Of a DNA stretch of 64,000 bases, positions 6,889 to 16,787 are shown one piece after another. Made by a program: the position numbers and the translations under genes. Positions within the stretch are counted from its first letter, which is position 1. Each line of letters begins with the position of its first letter. The stretch covers positions 921 through 64,920 of the forward strand of contig CAJUDA010000018.1 in assembly GCA_910584875.1 (NCBI GenBank), in the 5' to 3' direction. This stretch comes from an uncultured Eubacterium sp. GTDB taxonomy: Bacteria > Bacillota > Clostridia > Lachnospirales > Lachnospiraceae. Below the pieces are notes generated by a model. It saw nothing but the letters and a program-made list of their open reading frames with translations, was not told the DNA's origin and searched no databases.

Positions 6889-8493
6889 CTATAATCCGAT
6901 CGAACGGACATCCGCACCCTCGCGGACATATTTACTGTGCTGTTCTTTATCGCGGATATTCCTTACCGCATCCTTCACCATAAGCTTCACACCGCCGTAT
7001 ACAATGCCTTCTGCCCGTATGCTGGCATTCTTGTTTTTCTGGACCCGCTCAAGGATACTTTCCCGCTCATAGCGCAAATCACGGACCTGTTTTGCCAGCG
7101 CCGGTTTTTTCACCGTAGCCTCCCGGATAAACTTCATCTGCTCCTCTGGAATCTCTTCCTTGATCTCCAGCTTAGCCTTCACCAGTTCAGCGATCTGGTC
7201 AATCTTTCCTATCTCCTTTTCGACAGCCTCGATCTCTTCTTTGAGAGAATTGATCCTCTTGATCAGCTCAACATCAGAAATAACCTCGATCACCGTAGCT
7301 GCCCCCATCGTAGAACCAAGAGTCGTCGCATGGATCGATCCGTATGTCTTCATCTGCCCGCCGTTGATCAGTCCCTTTTTCCCCAGAACATCAATGTTTT
7401 CACGGCATTCTACCTGACTGTGGAGGACAGCATCCGCCTTCAGAGCCCCCTTGCATCTCACCTTACAGTTTTCCAGAAATTTAGCGGTAATATTCCCTTC
7501 CGCCTGCAGCTCACCACGGTCCATCCCCTGCATACCGCGTTTCAATACAATATTGCCGCCTGAGATCAGAGTGGCTCCTTCCACCACACCGTTGACGACA
7601 ATATCACCTTCTGCCTCAATGCGGAAACCGGTATTTACATTGCCCGTAACCTCTACCGTTCCCTTATATACGATATCTCCCGTGGAAGAGTCTACATTTG
7701 CCGGCACCTGATAGATATCCGATACCATCACCATGTCTTCCACCAGTGTCACATGACCAGACACCTTGGAATAAATCTTACAACGGTCTTTTGACTGCTC
7801 AATATTACGTCCGAACCGGAGATGAAGATTTTTTACTTTTTTAGGCGAAAGAAGCTTCCCATCTACAGCAACACCGGGACGTCCTCTGTCTGCCGGCGTA
7901 AGCTCAGCCAGTTTGTCACCTTCCTTCACCGCCTTGATCGTACCCAGCTGATGAAAATCAACACTCCCGTCCTCATTCAGCTTTGGTTTCGCTGTGGCAT
8001 TGATATCAAAGAAATACCGGATCTTTGCATCATGTCCCTGGATCGGCGGTGTCGCCTCTGCAATGATATAGTCCCGGCAATATTCATGATTTGACAAGAA
8101 ATGCTGGATCACTTTCCTCCTGACACCATGCCTGACGCCAGCCAGTTTCAGCGTGCTGACGATATCCTCTTCCGTCAGCATCACGCCGCCCTCCATCGGC
8201 GGATAAAACCGTGCCAGGGCGCGCCGGCCTTCCTGGATAATCGTTACCCTGCATCTCTCGCTTTCCGGGATCATCTCCCCCTGCCCCAGAAGAAAAGGCT
8301 GCTCAAATTTACCGCCTTTTAAATACGAATCCACAGCTACAATATCGTATTCGTGATAATTCACAAGATCCAGATATATATTGACATCCTCAACCCCGAA
8401 CATCTCCCCGTTCTCTCCCGGCGGATGTACTTTCAGCCAGATGGTACCGGCATCATTGACCAGTTCAAAATAGGCATTCTCTGCCATAATCAT
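6889..8493 (-). CDS. FapA/DUF342-family flagellar assembly protein
   Basis: PKLNEDGSVDF, VDSSTGDI, beta-helix-like G-rich repeats; located after fliA. Confidence 0.85.
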   Translation of the reverse strand: MIMAENAYFELVNDAGTIWLKVHPPGENGEMFGVEDVNIYLDLVNYHEYDIVAVDSYLKGGKFEQPFLLGQGEMIPESERCRVTIIQEGRRALARFYPPMEGGVMLTEEDIVSTLKLAGVRHGVRRKVIQHFLSNHEYCRDYIIAEATPPIQGHDAKIRYFFDINATAKPKLNEDGSVDFHQLGTIKAVKEGDKLAELTPADRGRPGVAVDGKLLSPKKVKNLHLRFGRNIEQSKDRCKIYSKVSGHVTLVEDMVMVSDIYQVPANVDSSTGDIVYKGTVEVTGNVNTGFRIEAEGDIVVNGVVEGATLISGGNIVLKRGMQGMDRGELQAEGNITAKFLENCKVRCKGALKADAVLHSQVECRENIDVLGKKGLINGGQMKTYGSIHATTLGSTMGAATVIEVISDVELIKRINSLKEEIEAVEKEIGKIDQIAELVKAKLEIKEEIPEEQMKFIREATVKKPALAKQVRDLRYERESILERVQKNKNASIRAEGIVYGGVKLMVKDAVRNIRDKEQHSKYVREGADVRSIGL

Positions 8494-8509
8494 CCTCCTT
8501 ACTGTTCAG

Positions 8510-9274
8510 CTAAAACAAATTCAGCAGATCCACTGCGTCTCCCAGCCGGTCCTTGATCTTCTGCAGTGCTTTCGTATGAAGCTGTGAGACACGGGATTCT
8601 GAAACACTGAGGATCTGACTGATCTCTTTCAATGTAAGTTCTTCATAGTAGTATAATGTGATCACCTTTTGTTCATTGTCTGTCAAAGTCTTAAGCGCCT
8701 CGACCAGCATCTCCTTCAGTTCCTGTTTCTGGATGACATTTTCCGGCTGTGGGAACTGTGCGCCAAGACCTTCCAGCCGTCCCTCACTGCCCTGCTCCAG
8801 ATAATCATCCAGGGATACCATATTCGTGAATTCTGCCTCTGAACGCCAGCCCTCATATTCATCCCGGCTGATCCCCAGTTCTTCCGCCACCTCGTCATCC
8901 GATGCCGGTCTGCCATAGTCTGCCTCCAGCTTCGCTGCCGCTGCCTCCATCCGTTTCTGTTTCTGCCTGAGAGTGCGCGGGATCCAGTCCATCTTACGGA
9001 TCTGGTCCAGTATCGATCCCCGGATGCGAAGACTGGCATACGTCTCAAACTTAACATTTTTATTGGCATCATATTTATCAATGGCATCAATGAGACCAAA
9101 TATCCCATAACCCACCAGATCGTCATATTCCACCGTATAACCCAGATACATGCTGAGTCTGCCCGCCACAAGATTTACCACATTCGCATACTCCAGAATC
9201 AGCTGCTCTCGAAGTTCCGGTAATTTAGTTTTTTGATACCGTTCCCATAGCTTCTTTCTTTCTGCTTCCTTCAT
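8510..9274 (-). CDS. fliA: Flagellar RNA polymerase sigma-28 factor (FliA/SigD/WhiG)
   Basis: GIFGLIDAIDK, FETYASLRIRG, DWIPR, SESRVSQLH. Confidence 0.95.
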   Translation of the reverse strand: MKEAERKKLWERYQKTKLPELREQLILEYANVVNLVAGRLSMYLGYTVEYDDLVGYGIFGLIDAIDKYDANKNVKFETYASLRIRGSILDQIRKMDWIPRTLRQKQKRMEAAAAKLEADYGRPASDDEVAEELGISRDEYEGWRSEAEFTNMVSLDDYLEQGSEGRLEGLGAQFPQPENVIQKQELKEMLVEALKTLTDNEQKVITLYYYEELTLKEISQILSVSESRVSQLHTKALQKIKDRLGDAVDLLNLF

Positions 9275-9294
9275 CGCTAACTGATCCCCCTATG

Positions 9295-9642
9295 CTATTC
9301 TTCCTCTTCCCACTGCTCATCTGGAGCTACAACACGGTGTTTTTTCTTCTTTTCTTCCTCTTCCGCCATCTTCGCCAGCAATTCTTCCTGTTCCAGCTGC
9401 TCCTGGCGCAGCCTCTCTTCTTCCTCCAGACGTTTGCGTTCCGCCTCTACCATTGCCTGGTGTTCCGCATGGACTTTTCCCACAATCTGTGCTGCGATCT
9501 GTCCTACGATATAAAAAACCACCAGAACAAGAATCAGGACTGTCAGACTCATCATCACCGGCCAATGCTGTACTACACTCAGAACACAGCACACTAAACC
9601 CGCCAGCAGCATAACAAATGCAGGAATATATCGATATTTCAT
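9295..9642 (-). CDS. Hypothetical membrane protein (2 TM segments and an acidic tail)
   Basis: Two hydrophobic segments then a charged coiled coil; GAGGTG RBS. Confidence 0.7.
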   Translation of the reverse strand: MKYRYIPAFVMLLAGLVCCVLSVVQHWPVMMSLTVLILVLVVFYIVGQIAAQIVGKVHAEHQAMVEAERKRLEEEERLRQEQLEQEELLAKMAEEEEKKKKHRVVAPDEQWEEEE

Positions 9643-9662
9643 ATTTGATGCACCTCATCTCG

Positions 9663-10148
9663 TCAGATTAAATATTTCCCAATTCCAACTGCCTTAATCA
9701 TAAGCATCCCGGTTTCCGGATCGAATTCGATGGTTCTGCTGAAAGTCTCTCCCACGTCTTCTGCCAGCACCGGAATACGGAACTCTGCCAGTTTTCTCAC
9801 CGCAGCCACATAATTCTGTGCCCCGATATTCAAAAATTCATTATCCGAATCTTTTGAAAACATCTTTGCACCGCCCGCCATCTTTGCCACAAGATTTCCT
9901 GGATCCACAGATTCTCCCAGCAAAGCATGATACATATCATCCAGACAGGTATCGACAAATTTCATGCGGTTTACCGTATGGGTGATCTTTTTGCTGTCCG
10001 GAAGCATCACATGTGCGAGCCCGCAGGTCTTTGACTTTTCGTCATACAATACCACTCCCAGACACGAACCAAGCCCAAGAGTGCCTATTTTCTGCGGGGC
10101 ATGACAGATTTTATAATCCGCCATGCCCACACGTATTATACTGCTCAT
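9663..10148 (-). CDS. cheD: Chemoreceptor glutamine deamidase CheD
   Basis: TLGLGSCLG, GLAHVMLP, AKMAGGA. Confidence 0.95.
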   Translation of the reverse strand: MSSIIRVGMADYKICHAPQKIGTLGLGSCLGVVLYDEKSKTCGLAHVMLPDSKKITHTVNRMKFVDTCLDDMYHALLGESVDPGNLVAKMAGGAKMFSKDSDNEFLNIGAQNYVAAVRKLAEFRIPVLAEDVGETFSRTIEFDPETGMLMIKAVGIGKYLI

Positions 10149-10612
10149 ACAGCCTTCGTTTCATCGACAACAGCCTGTATGTCGAGAAGCGAAATAAGAC
10201 TCTCTCCATTTTTTCCTATCCCCGCAAGGTATGAAGCCTTGATCTCATCCAGTTTAAACGTCGGTTTTTCAACGGTTCCCGGATCAATGTTCACAACCTC
10301 TTTGACTTCATCCACGATAAACCCGATCAGCGCCTGATCGTCCAGACGGATAATGATAATACGTGATGCCGATGCATAGACATCATCCTCCAGGCCAAAA
10401 CGTCTCCGCAGACTCATGATCGGAACCACTTCACCACGCAGATTAATAACACCTACATAATATGGCTGGGATTTCGGCACACGGGTGATCTGCTGCATGC
10501 GTACGATATTGTCCACAAAGCCTATATCAATACCATACTGTTCATCCCCAAGTTTTACTACAATATATTGAACTTCTTCTACCGTTTCCAGTTGATTTGT
10601 CATTTCATCCAT
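10145..10612 (-). CDS. cheW: Chemotaxis coupling protein CheW
   Basis: ITRVPKS, GVINLRGEVVP, GFIVDEV. Confidence 0.95.
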   Translation of the reverse strand: MDEMTNQLETVEEVQYIVVKLGDEQYGIDIGFVDNIVRMQQITRVPKSQPYYVGVINLRGEVVPIMSLRRRFGLEDDVYASASRIIIIRLDDQALIGFIVDEVKEVVNIDPGTVEKPTFKLDEIKASYLAGIGKNGESLISLLDIQAVVDETKAV

Positions 10613-10623
10613 TATGGCACCCC

Positions 10624-12717
10624 CTATATCAATGTATTTGTATCCAGAATCAGAGCCACTTCACCATCACCCAGAATCGTTGCCCCGCTAAAGAGCTTAT
10701 CATTTGTAATATGATGCCCCAGCGATTTGATAACGGTTTCCTGTTGTCCGATCAGGCTGTCAACAATCAGTCCTACTCTCTGTTCGCCCTTCTTAATGAC
10801 AACGATTACCAGTGAATCCGGATCTTCTTCCGGTTTTTGTGCATTCAGTATTTCATGCAGGCGAAGGATTGGGATCACACTTCCGCGAAGATGGATCACT
10901 TCTTTGGACTGCACAAAACGGATCTCCTCTTTTGGCATATCTTCAATCCCATTAATGCTGCTCAGAGGGATCGCATATTTTTCGGAACCAACCTCTACCA
11001 TAAGTGCCTGTATGATGGCAAGGGTAAGAGGCAGCTGGATCGTAAAGGTACTTCCCTCACCGGCTACTGTTTTGGCGCTGATGCTTCCGCCCAGAGCCTC
11101 GATCTTGGTCTTGACCACATCCAGCCCAACACCTCTTCCGGATACATCGGTGATCTTGTCTGCCGTGGAAAAGCTCGGCTGGAACAAAAGATCTATGTAA
11201 TCCTTATCCGTCATGGTCTCCGCCTGTTTCTCCGTGATCGTCCCCTTCATCAGTGCTTTCTTGCGTACCTTTTCGACATCAATGCCGGCGCCGTCATCCC
11301 GTACTTCTATAATTACGTTGTTACCATCCTGATAGGCATCCAGGAAGATAGAGCCCACTTCCGGTTTGCCAAGCCGGACTCTCTCGGCATTGCTCTCCAG
11401 ACCATGATCTGCTGAATTCCGCAGCAGGTGCATCAGCGGATCTCCGATTTCATCAATAACTGTACGGTCCAGTTCCGTCTCCTCACCTGTCATATACAAT
11501 TCCATTTTCTTATTCAATTTGCGGTTCAGGTCACGGATCATACGTGGAAAACGGTTTACTACACTATCGATCGGCACCATCCGCACCTTCATTACGGACT
11601 CATGAAGATTGGTAGTGACACGCTCCAGATATTCTATCTGTTCATGGAAGCTCTGTGTCTCACCTGGCTGCACCTCTGTGCCGCTTGTGGATACAAGACC
11701 ATTTTTCGCTATGATCAGCTCGCTGACCAGGTTCATCAGTACATCCAGTTTATCAATGTCCACGCGGACAGAACGGCTTCCTACCTTCGCCTTCTGTTTC
11801 TTCGCCTGGGTCTGCGGTTCCTCCGCTTTCTTTGCCGGCTGCGGATCTGGTGCTGACTCCGCTGGTTTCTCCACTACCTCCGGGCGAATCTCCTCCTGCT
11901 TCATTTCCAGCTGATCCGGCACATCAAAATCATCAATATATACTTCTCCGATCTCAGATACATTCTGGATCAGTTTTTTGATCGACTCCTTGCTCTCTGT
12001 CGTTGCCAGGATCCAGCTGAAATCAAAATCAAATTCCTCGTCCTCGATCTGCTCCGTAGACGGGACAGACTTGATCAGTTCCCCTTTACTCTCCACGGAT
12101 TTAAAGACAAGAAAGGCACGTGCCGCTTTCAGTATGCATGCCTCCTGCAGATAAACCGTGATACCGTATATGTTCTTTCCCTCTTCTTTTGCCGATACGA
12201 TAGCGGATTTTTCAAACTCGCCGATCGGGATCTTGTCATATTTAATCCTGGACCGGTCTATGGCATCTGTCCCTGATGCCGTCTCTTTCGCCTTCTCCTG
12301 CTTTTTCTCCGTGCCGGCAGGCTCTCCGCCGTTCTGTTCCTCCAGAAGACTGTTCAGATCCTGTATGATATCTTCGTTGTCCTCTGTTCCCTCATTTCCC
12401 TCAGAAGAAATCACATCCAGATAAGATTCCAGTGCATCCAGTCCACGGAACAATACATCGATGAGTTTGGCATTTGCCTTCATGTTCCCATTACGGATCT
12501 CTGAAAAGACATTTTCCAGATCATGCGTCAGACGCTGCATCCGGGCAAATCCCATGGTACCAGCCATCCCCTTCAGGGTATGCGCCGCACGGAAAATCTC
12601 ATTAATGGTATCTTCATTCTCCGGCTCCTTCTCCAGCACCAGAACATGTTCATTCAGACTCTGCAGATGTTCTTTTGTTTCATCAATGAATAAATCCATA
12701 TATTGACTTGTATCCAT
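10624..12717 (-). CDS. cheA: Chemotaxis histidine kinase CheA
   Basis: FRAAHTLKGMA, HLLRNSADHG, DDGAGID, SGRGVGLDVV. Confidence 0.97.
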   Translation of the reverse strand: MDTSQYMDLFIDETKEHLQSLNEHVLVLEKEPENEDTINEIFRAAHTLKGMAGTMGFARMQRLTHDLENVFSEIRNGNMKANAKLIDVLFRGLDALESYLDVISSEGNEGTEDNEDIIQDLNSLLEEQNGGEPAGTEKKQEKAKETASGTDAIDRSRIKYDKIPIGEFEKSAIVSAKEEGKNIYGITVYLQEACILKAARAFLVFKSVESKGELIKSVPSTEQIEDEEFDFDFSWILATTESKESIKKLIQNVSEIGEVYIDDFDVPDQLEMKQEEIRPEVVEKPAESAPDPQPAKKAEEPQTQAKKQKAKVGSRSVRVDIDKLDVLMNLVSELIIAKNGLVSTSGTEVQPGETQSFHEQIEYLERVTTNLHESVMKVRMVPIDSVVNRFPRMIRDLNRKLNKKMELYMTGEETELDRTVIDEIGDPLMHLLRNSADHGLESNAERVRLGKPEVGSIFLDAYQDGNNVIIEVRDDGAGIDVEKVRKKALMKGTITEKQAETMTDKDYIDLLFQPSFSTADKITDVSGRGVGLDVVKTKIEALGGSISAKTVAGEGSTFTIQLPLTLAIIQALMVEVGSEKYAIPLSSINGIEDMPKEEIRFVQSKEVIHLRGSVIPILRLHEILNAQKPEEDPDSLVIVVIKKGEQRVGLIVDSLIGQQETVIKSLGHHITNDKLFSGATILGDGEVALILDTNTLI

Positions 12718-12729
12718 TCCTTCACACTC

Positions 12730-13797
12730 CTATTCTTCTATCGTTTTTATTAATGTACCTGTTACATTTTCCAGTGCTGTCACAGAGTCTGCGAGCTTTG
12801 CCTGAACCACTGCCCGTGGCATACCGTATACCACACAGGTGGCCTCATTCTGTGCAACCACTTTCATTTTCTTGTTTCTTTTGAGCAGTTCGATCCCCTT
12901 CATCGCATCTGCACCCATCCCGGTAAGTACGGCACAATGGATTTCTTCAAAAGAAGTATCCACGAGAGACTCCAGAAAAATATCAGCACAGGGTTTCAGA
13001 CCGCCCCTGGGGGGCTTGTCATTTTCCGATAACTGATACTGACCCGGTCCCTTCTGGATCATCTCACACTGCTTGCCGCCGCGGGCAATATAAACCATCC
13101 CCGGGCGAAGGATATCCCCGTCTTCTGCCTCTTTCACCGTCAGCGGACTGAGTTCGTCCAATCTCTTTGCCAGCGATCCCGTAAAGCCCGCCGGCATATG
13201 CTGTACCACTACGACCGGATAAGGAAAACCTGCCGGAAAATAGGGAATCACCGACTGCAGTGCCTTTGGTCCCCCGGTAGAAGATGCAATGACTACCAGC
13301 TTTTCTCCCTTTTTCACTGCCCGGTGCGATTTTGGCACAATCCTGGTGCGTTCCACTGGTCTTTCGTTCTTTTCCTTTTCCCCCTGATAACGACCCAGAC
13401 CACATGCCACATAGGCGGCACGAAGCATCTTGGAATGAAACTCTTCCCGCTCCGATCCCATGGAGTTTTCCGGTTTCTTCACAAAATCCATGGCTCCCAG
13501 CTCGAGTGCTTCAATGGTTTCATCCGCACTCTTGCTCGCAACCGAACTCACTACGATCACCGGAATCCTGATCTGATTTTTGTTTAATTCCTTCAAAAAC
13601 TGGACACCATTCATCTTTGGCATCTGGATATCCACTAGAATCACATCATAGCGTGCCCCCCGGAGCAGTTTCTCCAGCGCCATCATACCGTTCATGGCTG
13701 TATCTGCCACCGTCAGCTGCTCATCTGAATTTATTATATCAGATATGACCCTTCTCATGAGTGCAGAGTCATCAATAACCAATACTTTTTTTTCCAT
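12730..13797 (-). CDS. cheB: Protein-glutamate methylesterase CheB
   Basis: Receiver domain plus SSTGGP, QHMP, LTGMGAD, VVYGMP. Confidence 0.97.
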   Translation of the reverse strand: MEKKVLVIDDSALMRRVISDIINSDEQLTVADTAMNGMMALEKLLRGARYDVILVDIQMPKMNGVQFLKELNKNQIRIPVIVVSSVASKSADETIEALELGAMDFVKKPENSMGSEREEFHSKMLRAAYVACGLGRYQGEKEKNERPVERTRIVPKSHRAVKKGEKLVVIASSTGGPKALQSVIPYFPAGFPYPVVVVQHMPAGFTGSLAKRLDELSPLTVKEAEDGDILRPGMVYIARGGKQCEMIQKGPGQYQLSENDKPPRGGLKPCADIFLESLVDTSFEEIHCAVLTGMGADAMKGIELLKRNKKMKVVAQNEATCVVYGMPRAVVQAKLADSVTALENVTGTLIKTIEE

Positions 13798-13800
13798 AAA

Positions 13801-14562
13801 CTACTCCTTTCTGATCCGTCTCCGCTGTTCTTCAAAAACATACTGGACGATGATCTCACGCTCCCTCTCGTTAAGATATTCAAACATACCCCGTATCTCA
13901 TATGTATTTCTGTCAATTTCTGCCCTCTCACATGAAATAACCCGGAGCAGAAAATGAACCGGCATACTTTCGTTCTGGAAAGCAAGATGTACAATGATCT
14001 CTATCACCATACCCTTCTTGATCTCGTTTTTGCAGCGGAACCGCACGCCGCCTCCACTGAGATCCGCAACTACCCCTTCATTCCAGACAAATTCCATGGG
14101 ATCCAGTGGTTCCACGATGCCTTCCTCCAATTCCTTTGAGGACGGCCATTTATCCGCAAGCTGCTGCAGTACCTTCTGCTCTTCTGCTTCGAGGGTCCGG
14201 TACTTGATATCCATTTCACAATCCAGCCGGTAAAAATTTCGTCTCTGGAATTTCCTGATCTGACTCAGCAGCCGCATATCCATCATATGCATATTCTTTT
14301 CTTTATAGCGGTTCTCTACCCTGCCCCTGCACTGGTACAGACCGTTTTCTGTATAAAAACAAAGCTGGTATTCGTCACCAACCTCCAGCGGTATGATGCG
14401 GTTTTCAAAGATCGGCATCGAAAGCTTCACCATATCCACTTCATCAAAGTCCAGTAACTGGCTGTTATAATTATTTTCTGATAAGGTCCTGTGTGTCGCA
14501 CTCGATAAATGGGTCAATTCTATCCGGTCGCCTATGTGAGCTGGAAACTTCAATTGGATCAT
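13801..14562 (-). CDS. Flagellar brake protein, YcgR/PilZ c-di-GMP effector
   Basis: QRRNFYR (RxxxR) and DLSGGG (DxSxxG) motifs. Confidence 0.9.
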   Translation of the reverse strand: MIQLKFPAHIGDRIELTHLSSATHRTLSENNYNSQLLDFDEVDMVKLSMPIFENRIIPLEVGDEYQLCFYTENGLYQCRGRVENRYKEKNMHMMDMRLLSQIRKFQRRNFYRLDCEMDIKYRTLEAEEQKVLQQLADKWPSSKELEEGIVEPLDPMEFVWNEGVVADLSGGGVRFRCKNEIKKGMVIEIIVHLAFQNESMPVHFLLRVISCERAEIDRNTYEIRGMFEYLNEREREIIVQYVFEEQRRRIRKE

Positions 14563-14591
14563 TCCCCCCTTTGAAAAATACTGCATATCCC

Positions 14592-15488
14592 CTAACGGTT
14601 AAATTTCATCTGTATCACACTGGAAAAGAGCTGCATGATCCCCGGTCTGTGTCCTGTCCTTCTCTCTCTGTTTTCCAGTTTGCCGGCAATCCCATTGAGA
14701 GAATATGCTGACATGGATCTCGGTGCCGAAAGGATCACCGGTTCCTGACGGATCACCGCCCGTGACATATTGGCATCATACGGCACGGCACCAAGATATT
14801 CTATTTGAATATCCAGAAATTTATTGACAACGACACCGATCTTTTTAAACAATTCATCGGCATCTCCATGATTGCGCACCTGGTTTGCGATCATCTTCAC
14901 TACAGTCTGTCCAGAATTATAAGACGAACAGCTGTTTAGTGACTTCAGCAGTGCGTAGGCATCTGTGATGGAAGTAGGCTCCGGCGTCGTCACCAGCAGT
15001 ACCTCCGAGCTTGCTGCCACAAACTCCAGAACAGTATTGCCGATGCCTGCCCCGGTATCTACTATGATGACATCGGCCAGACGGTCCAGTTCACTGAGTT
15101 TATGTACCAGATGAAACACCTGCTCCCTCGTGAGGTTCGCCATTTCTTCAATACCGGACCCTCCGGAAATAAAACCTACCTCCTCTGGTCCATACGTTAT
15201 GATATCTGTCATGCTCCTGCCGCGGAACATCAGATCTGCCAGATTATACCGGGGATGGATCCCCAGCATGATCTCCACATTCGCCAGTCCAAAATCAGCA
15301 TCCAGCACGACAACCCGCTTCCCCATCTGGCTGAGTGCGATTGCCAGGTTTACCGATATGCTGGATTTTCCCACGCCTCCCTTGCCAGAAGTAACAGTGA
15401 TCACCCTGGCTGTCTTTCCCGCGGGCTTTCTGGTCTGCTGTATATCCTGTTTTTTAATTATATTTCGTAAGCCCTCAGCCTGATCCAT
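14592..15488 (-). CDS. flhG: MinD-like ATPase FlhG/FleN
   Basis: MDQAEGLR start, SGKGGVGKS, DADFGLAN, TPEPTSITDAY; follows flhF. Confidence 0.93.
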   Translation of the reverse strand: MDQAEGLRNIIKKQDIQQTRKPAGKTARVITVTSGKGGVGKSSISVNLAIALSQMGKRVVVLDADFGLANVEIMLGIHPRYNLADLMFRGRSMTDIITYGPEEVGFISGGSGIEEMANLTREQVFHLVHKLSELDRLADVIIVDTGAGIGNTVLEFVAASSEVLLVTTPEPTSITDAYALLKSLNSCSSYNSGQTVVKMIANQVRNHGDADELFKKIGVVVNKFLDIQIEYLGAVPYDANMSRAVIRQEPVILSAPRSMSAYSLNGIAGKLENRERRTGHRPGIMQLFSSVIQMKFNR

Positions 15489-15518
15489 TTCACACCGTCC
15501 TATCTGCACTCTGCCTGT

Positions 15519-16787
15519 TTACGCCCCATTTTTTGCACTGCCTCCCAGCAGCTGTTTCGCCACCTTCTGTGGATTGACCTCAGCAATGTCATCCGGCACA
15601 TTTTGTCCCATCGTAACATAAGCCAGAGGACACTGGGTCCGCACATGTATATTCAGCATTGCCCCCGCCGAAGAAGTCTCATCCAGTTTTGTAAAAATCA
15701 CACTATAATCCGACATACCCGCATAAACGTCTGCGATCTCCATCAGGTCATTATATTTAACACCCGCATTTAATACGAGAAAAACCTGTCTCTCAGAGAT
15801 GGGGACCTGCTCGATCAGGGTACGGATATCTTTGAGCTGTTCCTTGTTTTTATGGGAACGTCCTGCCGTATCCACGAGACAGTAATCATATTCCTGCATA
15901 TCTTCAACGATCTCACCCAGTTCTCCCGGGCTGTAGATCACCTTCAGTGGTACAGATAATATATTTGCATATGTCTTAAGCTGTTCCACAGCAGCAATAC
16001 GGTACGTATCTGCTGTGATAAGAGCGATATTCGCCTTCTTGTTCAATTTCAGTTTTGATGCGATCTTGGCTATGGTAGTCGTCTTCCCTACTCCTGTGGA
16101 GCCAAGAAAAAAGATAAATTTGGTCCTGGCATCCTTGTCTGTCTTTTCTACAAGATAGGGTTGTCCCATCATCAGTACCAGCCGCTGATAGACACTGGCA
16201 AGAATCTGATCCAGCGGTGCATTGAATGGCAGGGTACGGTTCACTTCATCCATGATCTGATCAGCGATCTCTGGTTCCACCTCATTCTGGATCAGCTGTT
16301 TATGGATCAGTTCCTTGCAGGCAACTGTCTTCTCGCTTTCCTGATCCTCCTGCATGGATGCCGGTCTCACCACCTCTTCTGCCTTTATGTCTGTCGCCCG
16401 CTCTGTCTGGATCTCTGCCCTGTCCGTCCTGTCATTTTTGCCAGCATTTAACTGCATCTGCTGTTCGAGCAGCATCTCCAGTTTCTTTAATTTCTCCCGG
16501 ATACTCTGCTCATCTTCCTTCTCCTCCGGCATAGGCGGCACTGGCAGGGGGGAGACTGCTTCCGGGACCTTCTCCCTGGCCACAGTATCCTGCTTTGTCT
16601 GTCCGGTACTGGCAGTATTCTCCTCAAGTGCTGCCGTCACCTCTACCTTACTGCGGACAAACAATTTGGACAGACCCCTGGGATGGATCTTTTTGATATT
16701 CATCACGACAGCTCCGCTTCCGAGTTCCTGCTTTGCCATCTCAATCGCTTCATTTTCCGTATTTGCCAAAAACTTTTTAATAATCAT
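15519..16787 (-). CDS. flhF: Flagellar SRP-type GTPase FlhF
   Basis: GSTGVGKTTTIAK, DTYRIAAVEQL, DTAGRS, TKLDE, GQNVPDD. Confidence 0.95.
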   Translation of the reverse strand: MIIKKFLANTENEAIEMAKQELGSGAVVMNIKKIHPRGLSKLFVRSKVEVTAALEENTASTGQTKQDTVAREKVPEAVSPLPVPPMPEEKEDEQSIREKLKKLEMLLEQQMQLNAGKNDRTDRAEIQTERATDIKAEEVVRPASMQEDQESEKTVACKELIHKQLIQNEVEPEIADQIMDEVNRTLPFNAPLDQILASVYQRLVLMMGQPYLVEKTDKDARTKFIFFLGSTGVGKTTTIAKIASKLKLNKKANIALITADTYRIAAVEQLKTYANILSVPLKVIYSPGELGEIVEDMQEYDYCLVDTAGRSHKNKEQLKDIRTLIEQVPISERQVFLVLNAGVKYNDLMEIADVYAGMSDYSVIFTKLDETSSAGAMLNIHVRTQCPLAYVTMGQNVPDDIAEVNPQKVAKQLLGGSAKNGA

